From assembly GCA_001600695.1 (NCBI GenBank), contig BCKQ01000003.1, positions 57,413 through 121,412 of the forward strand: a stretch of DNA of 64,000 nucleotides, in the 5' to 3' direction. Both the position numbers and the translations under genes were made by a program. Within the stretch, counting starts at the first letter, position 1; every line of letters starts with the position of its first letter. The notes beneath the pieces were generated by a model that saw only the letters and a program-made list of their open reading frames with translations, had not been told where the DNA came from and did no database searches. Shown in pieces: positions 38,601-49,561 of this stretch. This DNA comes from Ascoidea asiatica JCM 7603. Taxonomy: Eukaryota; Fungi; Ascomycota.

Positions 38601-41463
38601 TAAACATTAAGTTTATCTCTTATAAAAACTTCTTCAACATCAAAGGAAACAGAGATGTTAAAGATCTTAGACAATTGTTTAACAGAAATAATATTTATGT
38701 CAATTGAACGAACAACAACAGCAGGAATAGTATAAACAGTATCCTTATCTTTTATTTTAATTGAAATTTCACCAACAACAATTGTAGGAGTTTGAGTTCC
38801 ATTAGACATCTTAAGTAATATATTTGAAGGTCTGATATTGAATAAATGTTGTTCTAAATCTGTAGCTACAATTGTATGACAAGCGCCTGAGTCTCTGACA
38901 GCAACGAACTATAGTTATTGAGAAGACACCACAGAAGAGGAAGCATCTTTACCAGAAGTTTTATCATTACCATTAACATGTGCACCCCGGAGATGATGTA
39001 CTTTGCATCGTTTGCAAAAAAGTTTCTTATTAGAGTTACCTTTAAATTTCTTACCAACAGAAGATTTATCTTTAGTGGAAGAAGTATCATTAGCTTTAAC
39101 AGTATCATCAAAAGCATAACCAGATTTACCACCAAGTTGAAAAGTATTTGCCAATTGTTTTTCAGGATAAATTAAATGAGTTAAATTATCTTTGACAATA
39201 ATTTCTCTTACTTCTGAAAAAGTAATCTTCCTCTCAGAATGAAGATGTTTGAGCAAAGGTTTTCTTAAAGATATAGCAAGTTGAGGATATTTTTGAACCT
39301 CAAAATTACGTCTAGTAATTGTATAATGAGATCTCAAAGCATGTAACTCTGTATTGAAAAGTTGTGTGAATTCATCTTCTTTATGTTGAAGTTCAAGAAG
39401 AATATCTGTAAAAGCATCACTTGAGTATTCAGTTGTAGCATTCATTCTACCAATCACCTGCTCTATAGTAGTACCATTTGATTGAAGAGTAGAAACATAA
39501 GTGAAAATGTTTTTAGGAAAACTTTGAATATCTTCTGGAATATAAATATTTTTGAAGACAGTTCCAATTAACCATTCACAAACAATACTTGAAAGAGTAT
39601 CAAAATAAACCTTCCAATAAGATCTAGAGATATGACTTCTACCCCAATAGGCTTGATCAGATTCTAATGAAAAATCATTAGGAACATTTGTATTATAAAC
39701 ACAAACTAAATCATTTGACATTTTACCATGACAATAAGTAATCTTTTTAGTAATAACACTGATATCAGAATTGGAATCTTGAGACTGAAAGCAGAAGTGT
39801 CAGTTGCAATTAATCTAGTTTGAGTAAAATTATCAAGATATAAAGGAGCTTGATTATAATTGATAATAGTTGGAGCAACAGCAGTGGAAGAAGCATTTGC
39901 ATTTGGGAGTGAATCATAAGAAGATTCAATTGGATCATATGGACTAGGCATGATAATAAAGTATTTGTAGATTGAAAATTAAAGTATTGAATTAATTGAG
40001 AAAGAGTTTGTGACTACAAATCTAAAAGACAATTCGATGAGAATTGGAAAGATTAATTGAATTATAACTTTTAAATTTTATGTGACACAATAAAATTAGA
40101 TAGGTGAAGTAACAGCAAATTATGAATGAACTATTAATGAACGAGTCAGATAGAAGAATTGTAGTTAGATTTGAAAAATATTGTAATATTTTTAATAATG
40201 GGAAAGCGAGTTTCAACACAGTCAAACATTTTCATAAAATAACTACCTGAAATTATTTGTTATGAACACCGAGATCACCACTTTTGTTTTATTTTGAAAA
40301 AACGTGACCAAATATGATAAACAAAACCATTATATGTTTTATTTGTTATATTTTGTAATTTAAAATATGAAAAAATAGTTAGTTTTATTCAGAAATAGCA
40401 AAGAAATGATCAATCACTAGATAAATAATTATGACCACACACTGGTACATGTCACGGAATTTGATTAGTCATTACACACATAAAGTTTCAGTTGACTAGT
40501 GAAATAGATAGGAACTTAACCATTGGACTTTTCTATACTTTTGAAACTCGGCCACCTACACTTAGAAACATCCCTTTATTTAAGAATTCATATCACAATC
40601 CTATATACACCTTCTTAAAACACCATTTGAAGGAGTAAAACCATATAGTAATACATTTGCTACCGTGCGGCTTTGCAGAAATGGCTGGGGAATTAACCAT
40701 GAGCATTGAAAACATAAGCACCACGGTCCTTATATATTAACCTTTATTACCATTTCTATGGCTCTAATAGAATTTGTAATTTTACAAATTTTAAAAATGA
40801 ATAATAAAGAATTAGGTATAATAATGAGAATGCAAGTTTCTTGCTAACAGTTTTTAATCTTATAAACCATTTTGAAATTAAACTCAAGAAAGAACCTGAA
40901 TAATAGAGCATAAAAAGCATTGCTTAGTTGGCTAGTTTAAATGTAATGTTGAAATGCAATTCAAATTGTATAATAATATACGGCACTAAATGTTAAATAG
41001 AAAACAATTTAATTGAGCTTTATTTTATAGCCATTGAAGTTGAATGTTTTCATTGAATATGGAGTTATTTTCAGTATTTTAAATTGATTTGAATAAATTG
41101 TATATTTCTTCACAATTGATTTTATTGATTATTGAATTTAGAAATTTGGTTGATTAATTATCCTTGGTTTTTGAATTTAATAAAAGGAAATTTCAAGTGT
41201 AATCGTATAAATTTGAAACACAAATGTTCACATAGATAAACTTTTTAAACCATTTCAAATTTCAATAAAATTTACTATTATATTTAAATGGATCAACAAT
41301 TCAAACAAGTAAATTTTACCTAAAAACACCATCCTTTATTGTTTCAATTTTTAATTGAATTACGCGAAAGTATTTAGAACGATAAACAGAGTGATTTTTA
41401 ATTTGATTGAATTAAAGGTTAATCAGGTTTACCTGTTTTTGAAGTAGCAACAGGATCATAGCT

Positions 41464-41696
41464 TTTCATGATTAATGAATAAGATCATGGATTCAACTCT
41501 ATATAAAAAATAAAAGAGAAAAACAATTGAAGTTCTTTTATGTTTGACTGAGAGAATGAAAATTTTCTCAGTGGCAAACCGGAGTTGGCTCCGCACTTGT
41601 GTGAGTGTCCTCGAAAACAACTAAACGTAATTCGGGAGTCACATGGTTTGGACCGAATGAGTCTGAATACGGCATCAGAAACCATCAACTATGGCA
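41464..41696 (-). repeat. 5' LTR
   Basis: Direct repeat of 35411-35643. Confidence 0.95.
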
Positions 41697-42339
41697 TTTA
41701 ATTTTGCTAATGTATAGACAGGCGTGTTTCTATCAAAAAACAAGCAGTAAAAAGCATGCACAAAAAGGCTTTTCGTATAAAAGTCTTATACGCTAATGCA
41801 AATCCAGTATGTCAAAACCCACGTTGTTAATTACCCTTATTCCTATATTTTCTTTAATCTTTGCTTTCTGCATATTCTTTTACAGTCTTTTTTCTATTTA
41901 ATCAAATAGCAGCTTTTAATTGTCATATCTGAGAATTCTTAATAGGTTTGATAACAGTTTTTAAACAAAACGTAGATCGATTGTAGTTGTATAAAAGCTT
42001 CAAGAACGCGCTCAATATAAATAATAAACTAAGGGGAATATAAAGTAAAAGAATCCATATCAACGAAAAAAATTCTAAATTAATCGCACTATCGAACAAA
42101 AACCCTGTTAGTAGATTGAATATGGCTTGAAATTGTCCTTTACCTTATTGGATCAACTTTAATTGCAACTTACATAGTCAGATGCTGGGAATATCTAGAA
42201 ATAATATATTAAATTCCTAGAGCATATTTACGATCATCACTTTCTTAGCAAAACTTTTTCTGCATGTCTTCTACCAGAAACTCTGTTTCTATATATTACA
42301 ATGGTTTATCTTATTCCTCAAAATAAAATGAAATAAAAT

Positions 42340-45300
42340 CTAGTCTACTACACCATTTTTGTCTGATCCCGAACTTACCAATTCAAATGCATTATGCGAC
42401 TGAGCTATTTGATTCTCATATACTTTCATTGGTGATAATGGCTGGACCTTTCTAACGCTAATGCTTTGGATACTACCTTTTGTATGAAGACTAAGTTGAC
42501 TATTGTTTTCTCTTAATGATTTCTTTTTAGAAACCAAATTAGAATTAGAATTAGAGATAGAATTAGAGTTACTATTACTTCTGCTTTTTTTTAAACTTTT
42601 ACTTTTTGAATTAGTATGATTTATAGAAATTATTGAAATCTCATCATCTAAATCAATATCTGTATCAATACTGGTTCCAATACCTTGTTGAAATAGTTCC
42701 GTTGTTGAAATGGATCTGATTGACTTAAATTCAAAAAATTCTGAGCTATTTTCAAAAGCTGTTAGGTATTTTTCTAAAGATGCTGAGCCAGGTTCAAGAT
42801 TTGTGATCAACGATATTTTTGATGTGGCTCTACTCAAATCTAGATTCAAACTCGATTTAGATTTTTTCGTACTTGATTTTCCTAACAAGCTGGAACTTCC
42901 CTTACCCAAAATACTATTCAAGGATCTACTTTCTTTTGTCATCTCATTGATTAAATCGGAATATTCATTACCAGACATCTCATTTCGGCTTTGTTCAATT
43001 ATTTTATCATAATCAACTTCTTCAGTAGTCATATTGAATGATTCAGATGATGAGTTCATTGATGCTTCAGGTGTTCTTATTTCAAATTTTCCATACTCAT
43101 TTGAATTTTTATTTTCATTCTTATTTTCTGCTTCCAATAGCATATGCTTTCTTCTTTTAGTCATTTTTAGCGGCCCTTTAAAATTTTCAACGGGTTTACC
43201 TGAAATATTTATTTTATCCTTATATTTTCTTTCATATAAGTTGAAACTGTCATTTGGCACTGTATCTTCATATATAGGTAATAACTCTTTCCCAGATCCA
43301 TTAGCTGAAGATAATGGGGATGATTTAGCCAAAGGCTTATCCTTTGAGATTAATCTACCTTTTTGTATATGAGATTTCTGTCTTTTATGCCTATGTCTTT
43401 TTTCTTCAATATCTTCATCACTTTCATTTTCAATTGTTATTTTTAGACGATTTTTAATATTGAAGCTTACTCTTGCCGCAATAACTTTTTTGAGATATTC
43501 ATTCCAAGCTTTGTAATCCTCCTTATTCAATTTGGAATACGATATTTGCTCATCATTGATATTACGACCAATTATTAGAGGCTTTTCTAGAGTTTTTGAA
43601 GACATCGATCTTGGTATATATCCTTTGATTGGCATTTTCTGTTCCTCGGTATATGATACATTAATTGTAGGCTCTATGGGTGATGTGCTTATAATTGCAT
43701 TTTTCTGAGATGCTGAACTACTGTCTCTGCTGTCTACTTCAGATAGATTGATATCCGAAATAATTTTTTCATCCTTCCTCTTTAAATTATCTTTTTCTTT
43801 TTCAATCAAATTGTCTGATTCCTTAGATTGCTTATTATCTAACTCCTGATCTACAATATCGATATCATTTTCTATATACGACTTCTTGGCTTCTCTTAAG
43901 CTTAAATTAACATCATCAAAGTCCTTATCCGAAGACAAAATAATATGTTCAGTTTCAACAACTTCCTTATTATCGGGTGAGTTTAATGCTTTTTCCGTAA
44001 CAGTGTCTATATCTTTTGATATTAATTTAGTATTATTTTTTTCCTCTGAGTTAGAATGATTCATATTGAAAGGTGACAATAATTTTCTTGTTGAGCTTAA
44101 ATGCAAGCCTTGTAATGCTAATATTCCGGATGTAGAATAAAGTGATGAACCTTCACTGTTATTATCTATACTATCTAACAATATAGTATTTCTTGGTGTC
44201 ATATTCAGGTTGTTATTAATTCCCACAGTCGATATATCTTTCATGTGTGAATCTTCCAAATACTCATTATTTAAAATTACACTCCCTTTTCTTTCATGTT
44301 TATTTTCTGCAAATGACAAATTTTTGGTGATCCCCTTAGTCTCTTCACTAGAAGTTTGATTAGAATTATTTGTTGGAGTTTTATATTCTTTTACCAGAGA
44401 TTGGTCAAAACCTTTCTTAACATGCTGCGCTTCTAAAAAAGATTTATTCTCTAAAACTTGATAATTAATCTCATTTGATGTTTTTTCGTTTTCACTATTA
44501 CTTAATAATTTATCGTCACCTATGACATTATCAATTTTTCTATCTTTACCAGAAGACCCAGTCAAAATTGAGTTATTTGTCTGACCAGCGTCTTTAAGTT
44601 GTTGAAGTTTATCATCAAGCTCTCTTAGTTTAACAGTGTTCGCAGATGCAGTGGATCTAAAATCTAAATAACTCCAACTGTTTTCTCCTATAGTTTCCTT
44701 TTGACTTCCAGTTGGGGTTATTAACATTAATTTGTTATCCTTGGCTATTGAGGTATATTTGATTTGAGATTTAATATCTGGTGAAATTTTGAGTAATTGG
44801 TAAATAAGATGAGTTTTTGTTTTATGTTCTAAAAAGTAGTCAGTAGATGTGGAATGTATATCTTTATTAGAATCCAAAAGTGATGGTTTGGTTACTTTTT
44901 TATTTGAAGCCAGCTTATAATACTTCGATAAATTATCTTGTTTCAAGTCATAACCAAATTCCAATAAATGTGACGGTAAAATAGTTTTCAATACTAAATC
45001 ATTTGTAGAGGAAGTGTCACTAGAATTGCTACCAAAAATTTTATCAAATTTTTGATTTAATGCTTGTCGATTTGAATAGTTTGGTCTGATTAAAGGATCC
45101 TTATTGTCAGATTTTTTGAAAAGAATATATTTAGTTCTGGGTTTGTTAGACAAAAAACTAGTTTTACCAGCAAAGGCAATTGTGTCATTCAGTTTATCTT
45201 TATTATAGTCTTTAACATAGTATTTATGGTTTTTAGATATGTTCGAGTTTTTATTATATTTAGCTTTTGTATTGATGAAAGAATTTTTGGGACTAGTAAA

Positions 45301-46347
45301 ACTTCTTTTCCTTTTAACAGAAAAAAACAGAAATGTTCGTCTTGCTTTTTTCTTGTTGCTACTTTTAGTACTTCTATTAGATTTTATTGACTCTGATCTA
45401 ATTAAATTCGGAGAAGAGTTTCTGGTTGTACTTAGCCTTCTATCAAAGACAGCTTGTGTTGAAACTAAAGATTGGTTTGGGTTAGGACCAGGTTTTAAAT
45501 TTGAATTCATATTTGAATTTGTATTTGAGATTGAATTAGTAAAATTAATTTTCAAGCAATTGCTTGAATCTTCAGCAGATCTATCTTTTGATAAGTCAGG
45601 ATCAAAATTCTGGCTTTGTTTCCTATAAGCCGAATTTGCTCTAACAAGTTTTGAGTCCGACGAATATACTGAGCCTTTTCTTGATAAAGTTAATGGATTG
45701 CTGATATCATAATCCTTAATAAGTTTTGATTTGTTTTTCATCTTAGTTTTTTCTTTATCTTTTGTTCTCGTTTGAGTTAATCTTGTAAAAAAATTTTTTC
45801 TTTGAGCTTTTATTGGGGCATTTGTTATAAATAAAGGTGATAATGAATTTCTATTTGTATTCTTATATGAAAGTGAAGAATTTCTATTACTTGAAAATTC
45901 ATGATTATGACTAAAATTCAAAGAACTTTTAGGTCTAACCGACGCTGAAAATAAAGAATTTGAATTAACACTAACCTCCCCATCTTTAAGAGACTTTTTA
46001 AGTTTTGAAGATAAATTATTATGATCATCTATATCTTGATTATAAGAATGATGATGAATTATATTCTGAAGAGGTTTATTTTTAAGATTATTTTGATTAT
46101 GTTGATCATTGTTTTCTGATAATTCTTTGATAAAATGAGCATTATCCATAATTGATGATTCTGGATCAGGATATAAACTTGGAATTTCACTTTTCTTAGC
46201 TGGAGAATCATCTGGAACTATTGGTGAGCTGTTGGAAGATGTTCTAACATCTTCTTTTAAGGTTTGTCTGACTACTGCTGACATTAAATTGAAGGCATCA
46301 TCAGTTTTATTTTCTTTAGGTATATCTAATTTGGATGAGTCTCTCAT
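42340..46347 (-). CDS. Uncharacterised 1335-aa Ser/Asn/Lys-rich, largely disordered protein
   Basis: Uninterrupted 4-kb ORF; only short ordered islands (TILPSHLLEF, LIYQLLKI, WNEYLKKVIAARVSF). Confidence 0.85.
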   Translation of the reverse strand: MRDSSKLDIPKENKTDDAFNLMSAVVRQTLKEDVRTSSNSSPIVPDDSPAKKSEIPSLYPDPESSIMDNAHFIKELSENNDQHNQNNLKNKPLQNIIHHHSYNQDIDDHNNLSSKLKKSLKDGEVSVNSNSLFSASVRPKSSLNFSHNHEFSSNRNSSLSYKNTNRNSLSPLFITNAPIKAQRKNFFTRLTQTRTKDKEKTKMKNKSKLIKDYDISNPLTLSRKGSVYSSDSKLVRANSAYRKQSQNFDPDLSKDRSAEDSSNCLKINFTNSISNTNSNMNSNLKPGPNPNQSLVSTQAVFDRRLSTTRNSSPNLIRSESIKSNRSTKSSNKKKARRTFLFFSVKRKRSFTSPKNSFINTKAKYNKNSNISKNHKYYVKDYNKDKLNDTIAFAGKTSFLSNKPRTKYILFKKSDNKDPLIRPNYSNRQALNQKFDKIFGSNSSDTSSTNDLVLKTILPSHLLEFGYDLKQDNLSKYYKLASNKKVTKPSLLDSNKDIHSTSTDYFLEHKTKTHLIYQLLKISPDIKSQIKYTSIAKDNKLMLITPTGSQKETIGENSWSYLDFRSTASANTVKLRELDDKLQQLKDAGQTNNSILTGSSGKDRKIDNVIGDDKLLSNSENEKTSNEINYQVLENKSFLEAQHVKKGFDQSLVKEYKTPTNNSNQTSSEETKGITKNLSFAENKHERKGSVILNNEYLEDSHMKDISTVGINNNLNMTPRNTILLDSIDNNSEGSSLYSTSGILALQGLHLSSTRKLLSPFNMNHSNSEEKNNTKLISKDIDTVTEKALNSPDNKEVVETEHIILSSDKDFDDVNLSLREAKKSYIENDIDIVDQELDNKQSKESDNLIEKEKDNLKRKDEKIISDINLSEVDSRDSSSASQKNAIISTSPIEPTINVSYTEEQKMPIKGYIPRSMSSKTLEKPLIIGRNINDEQISYSKLNKEDYKAWNEYLKKVIAARVSFNIKNRLKITIENESDEDIEEKRHRHKRQKSHIQKGRLISKDKPLAKSSPLSSANGSGKELLPIYEDTVPNDSFNLYERKYKDKINISGKPVENFKGPLKMTKRRKHMLLEAENKNENKNSNEYGKFEIRTPEASMNSSSESFNMTTEEVDYDKIIEQSRNEMSGNEYSDLINEMTKESRSLNSILGKGSSSLLGKSSTKKSKSSLNLDLSRATSKISLITNLEPGSASLEKYLTAFENSSEFFEFKSIRSISTTELFQQGIGTSIDTDIDLDDEISIISINHTNSKSKSLKKSRSNSNSNSISNSNSNLVSKKKSLRENNSQLSLHTKGSIQSISVRKVQPLSPMKVYENQIAQSHNAFELVSSGSDKNGVVD

Positions 46348-47162
46348 TATTTATGTATATAGTAATACAGTTTAAATTTATTTTTTCTTTGTGAAAAAGA
46401 TAAAAAAAGTAGAATTAAAAATGGAAATCAATACTAAAAAATAAAAATGAAATTAAAATTTAAGTGAAAATTATTGAAATTGAGTGCTCAAATGATTGAG
46501 TTTTGTTTATTGATGAATCAATTATAAAACAGTAAAACTCTGGATATTGCTTTATTAATATTAGTTCTAAATTCAGTCATAACCTTTTTAAAAACAAAAA
46601 AAATTAATAAAAGAATTAGAGTAAACTGATTTTTTATGCTGATTGAAATCTACCAAAATGAACTAATTTACTAGGAGTACTGTATTTTAGGAACTTAAGT
46701 TATGTACAGTATATTTTAGTTTATCTAGGTATTCAGGCTAAAAGTGAAGCTGATTCAAAGTAATCAATTACTCGCAGAGACTTTTTATTATATAGTAGAA
46801 TCAATGGATAGATCATAACACTCCAACACTTTCATTCTTCCAAACTTATTTTAATCACTTGCAGAACTATTTCAATTTTTTTTCAGTCAGTTGATAAAAA
46901 TTGCAACTCGTCTAATTACCTGGTTAACAAACTCAAAACTACGAAAATATCAGGTGCCTCCCAAAACAGCAAAATGTAAATATTGAAATATTGGTTAACG
47001 TACTTTTTGCAGATTTTGGCATATAAAATCATTTGTATGCAGATACTGGAATAAAATATCCGCGCATCCGGCTATACGGAAAATTTTTAACCACTATCAT
47101 GGTTCCGAGGTCCTACTACTTATCCATTTCTATGGGTCTTCTATACCTGAAGTTTTTTTCTG

Positions 47163-47177
47163 ATTTTTCACTCATCT
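47163..47177. promoter_or_regulatory. RRPE-like plus PAC motif upstream of TRM44
   Basis: atttttcactcatct = AGATGAG-TGAAAAAT on the minus strand, ~160 bp before the ATG. Confidence 0.45.
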
Positions 47178-47333
47178 TGAAATAAATTTCTCTAAATATC
47201 ACTTCACTATGAATCAATAGAAAAAATTGAGTTTACAAACAAAAAATATCAGATAAGACTGTACATTAACTGACAAAATAAAAAAAATACATGGACTCTA
47301 TTATTGTTTTATTTGTTGGAAAAAAATAAAAAC

Positions 47334-49397
47334 ATGCAATCAGGGGAGTCCAATGCAGCTCCTGAACTTCTTTCAAAAGCTTCTTTTCTAGGTGAAAAAG
47401 AATGGGTAGGCTTGTTTGAGTTTGATGTTTCTTTCAAGACAAGTAGTTTTGAGACTGCAATGTTAAATTTGATTAGACATCCAAATATAAATTCCACTGT
47501 AATTTTAAGAGCAGATATATTGAAAGAAATATATTATGAATATGAGTGGAATACTGATCGAAGTAAAAGATTGTTAGGAAAAGATTGCATTAATATTCGA
47601 GAGAATCAAAATGACTCTTTGTTTGCGAAACCAGATATCCCTTTGGATTTAAGTATTGAAAAGAAATATAAAAATCAACATAATAATCAAAATGAACAAA
47701 TGGATGACAATAGACAATTAAATGAAAAAGGTAAAAGCTCGGAAGAAAACCCTATTAAAGAAAAATATGATGTAGTAGATCAAGATAGCTTACTTTTCAC
47801 AAATCTTGAAGATACTAAATTAAGAGATGTTCCTTTAACACCCCCATTCAAACCATTATATAAATTTGTGAGAAGAATAATACCCAGAAATCCATTCAAA
47901 GATCCAATCATAAATCAAACTTGTTTAATATTAACTTTGGACATCAATGATGATGATGATAATAATAATAATGAAAATGAAAATTCAGAGGAAAAAATGG
48001 AAAAAGTTAATAGTTTCAATCAATCTATGCTAGTTATATATCTTGCTCATATAAATATTGAATCTGAAAATCCATTTTATTTACCTCCAGTTGAAGCTAT
48101 TGGAATTTTATACCATAAAAATAAATTATCTGTTCATTATTTGCCTTTTAATTATAAAAATTTAAATTCACTAAATAAAATAAGGTCGTTATCACCAAAG
48201 GAGAGGCCAATTAGAATTGCATTTAGATTATTGCAAACAGCAAAAAAACATTCAAATGGAGTAATGAATGGATATCAAAAAAGAGTTAAACATGATTTAA
48301 TTGTATCAAAAGTCTTATTTGAAAATAGATATATTGGGTTGAAAAAAAAATACTCTAAATTTTTAGTGGATAATTGGGTTGAATCAACAAATCCATTAAA
48401 ACATGTATTTGAAGATATAGCAATTGCAGCCTTTTTAATTGAATTTTGGAATAAAATCTACTTAAAACATAATAAAGAAAATAAAAAATCATTTGAGTTT
48501 AGAGATTTAGGGTGTGGTAATGGAGTTTTAGTTTATATACTAAATATGGAAGGATATAATGGTATTGGAATTGATGCAAGGTCCCGAAAGTCGTGGAAAA
48601 TATATCCAGAAAATATTCAAACGAAATTAAAAGAACAAGTTATAATACCAAATGTTTTAGTTAGACCACATCCAAATATTCGAAATTCAAGACCAGATAT
48701 AAAAGATAATGGTAGGTTATTTCAAGTACCAATTCGAGCAGAAGATGTCATGTTACCAATGATTAGTAGTAGTAGTAGTAGTAATAATAATAATAATAAT
48801 AATGATAATAATAATAATAACAGAAATAATTGTGGGGTGGGATTGCCAGTTCCAATTTTTGCATGTTATACTTCAAGTTCATTGATTGAATCACCATATG
48901 TTAATATAGCAGAATTTCCAACGAATACATTTATTATTGGAAATCATTCGGATGAATTGAGTTGTTGGATACCATTATTAGGATATCCATTCATGGTAAT
49001 ACCTTGTTGTTCACATAATTTAGGAGGTGGACGAACTAGATTTGCAGGTAAAAGAAAGGGAGATAAAAAAGGTAATAATAGTAATAGTAATAATTATCAT
49101 TCAAGCAATGATTATAATCAATTTACAAATTCTTCAAGCTCAACATATTCTGCGTTAGTTGAGCATATTGAGAATTTATCAAAATTAAGTGGATGGAAAA
49201 TAGAAAAAGAAATTCTAAGGATTCCAAGTACCAAAAATTGTGCAATTTTGGGATATGAAAAATTTAACGATGAAGAAATTAAAAAATATAATATAAATGT
49301 TAAAAGTATATATGAAATTATGATGATGGAAGGAGGAGCAGAAGATTGGGTGCTAAATTCATTGAACTTAATGAAATCTGCTCCAAGACGTCATTAG
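47334..49397 (+). CDS. TRM44: tRNA(Ser) Um44 2'-O-methyltransferase
   Basis: RRIIPRNPFKD, YQKRVKHD, KHVFEDIAIAAFL, FRDLGCGNG, GIDARSRKSW, IGNHSDEL, IPCCSH, LRIPSTKN. First ATG is 47334 (track start 47304 is TTG). Confidence 0.95.
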   Translation: MQSGESNAAPELLSKASFLGEKEWVGLFEFDVSFKTSSFETAMLNLIRHPNINSTVILRADILKEIYYEYEWNTDRSKRLLGKDCINIRENQNDSLFAKPDIPLDLSIEKKYKNQHNNQNEQMDDNRQLNEKGKSSEENPIKEKYDVVDQDSLLFTNLEDTKLRDVPLTPPFKPLYKFVRRIIPRNPFKDPIINQTCLILTLDINDDDDNNNNENENSEEKMEKVNSFNQSMLVIYLAHINIESENPFYLPPVEAIGILYHKNKLSVHYLPFNYKNLNSLNKIRSLSPKERPIRIAFRLLQTAKKHSNGVMNGYQKRVKHDLIVSKVLFENRYIGLKKKYSKFLVDNWVESTNPLKHVFEDIAIAAFLIEFWNKIYLKHNKENKKSFEFRDLGCGNGVLVYILNMEGYNGIGIDARSRKSWKIYPENIQTKLKEQVIIPNVLVRPHPNIRNSRPDIKDNGRLFQVPIRAEDVMLPMISSSSSSNNNNNNNDNNNNNRNNCGVGLPVPIFACYTSSSLIESPYVNIAEFPTNTFIIGNHSDELSCWIPLLGYPFMVIPCCSHNLGGGRTRFAGKRKGDKKGNNSNSNNYHSSNDYNQFTNSSSSTYSALVEHIENLSKLSGWKIEKEILRIPSTKNCAILGYEKFNDEEIKKYNINVKSIYEIMMMEGGAEDWVLNSLNLMKSAPRRH

Positions 49398-49525
49398 AAT
49401 TCATGAGTATATTTCATAATTTTAGAACACGGTTTACAGTAAGAAATATATAACAACATTAGTATAAAGTATCACTATAAAAGTATGTTAGTTTTATCAC
49501 CTTCTCTCATTATTGGTATGCTAAT

Positions 49526-49561
49526 AACTAGCCAGTAATGTTATAACATTACTGGCTAGTT
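49526..49561. repeat. Perfect 36-bp palindrome
   Basis: aactagccagtaatgtta|taacattactggctagtt. Confidence 0.97.

Larger units (their letters stand above)
35411..41696 (-). mobile_element. Structurally complete but coding-decayed Ty1/copia (Ty5-like) retrotransposon, 6286 bp
   Basis: Two 233-bp LTRs; TSD TTTAA (35406-35410 and 41697-41701); PPT AGTGGGGTG; gag from 39951; PR VRDSGACHT; IN VHMDTVGP..MDDYSRY..KKDNGSKF; RT HKARLVALG, LDISAAFLNA, AAYGFQDS, GFHVDD; RNase H remnant to ~35960. Confidence 0.95.

Noticed and set aside
42710-45628. Plus-strand ORFs of 100-129 aa, and similar shadows over NOG2, GCD1, SSC1, SRF1 and the APSES gene
   Set aside because: Antisense or alternate-frame shadows of long AT-rich genes with no independent motifs
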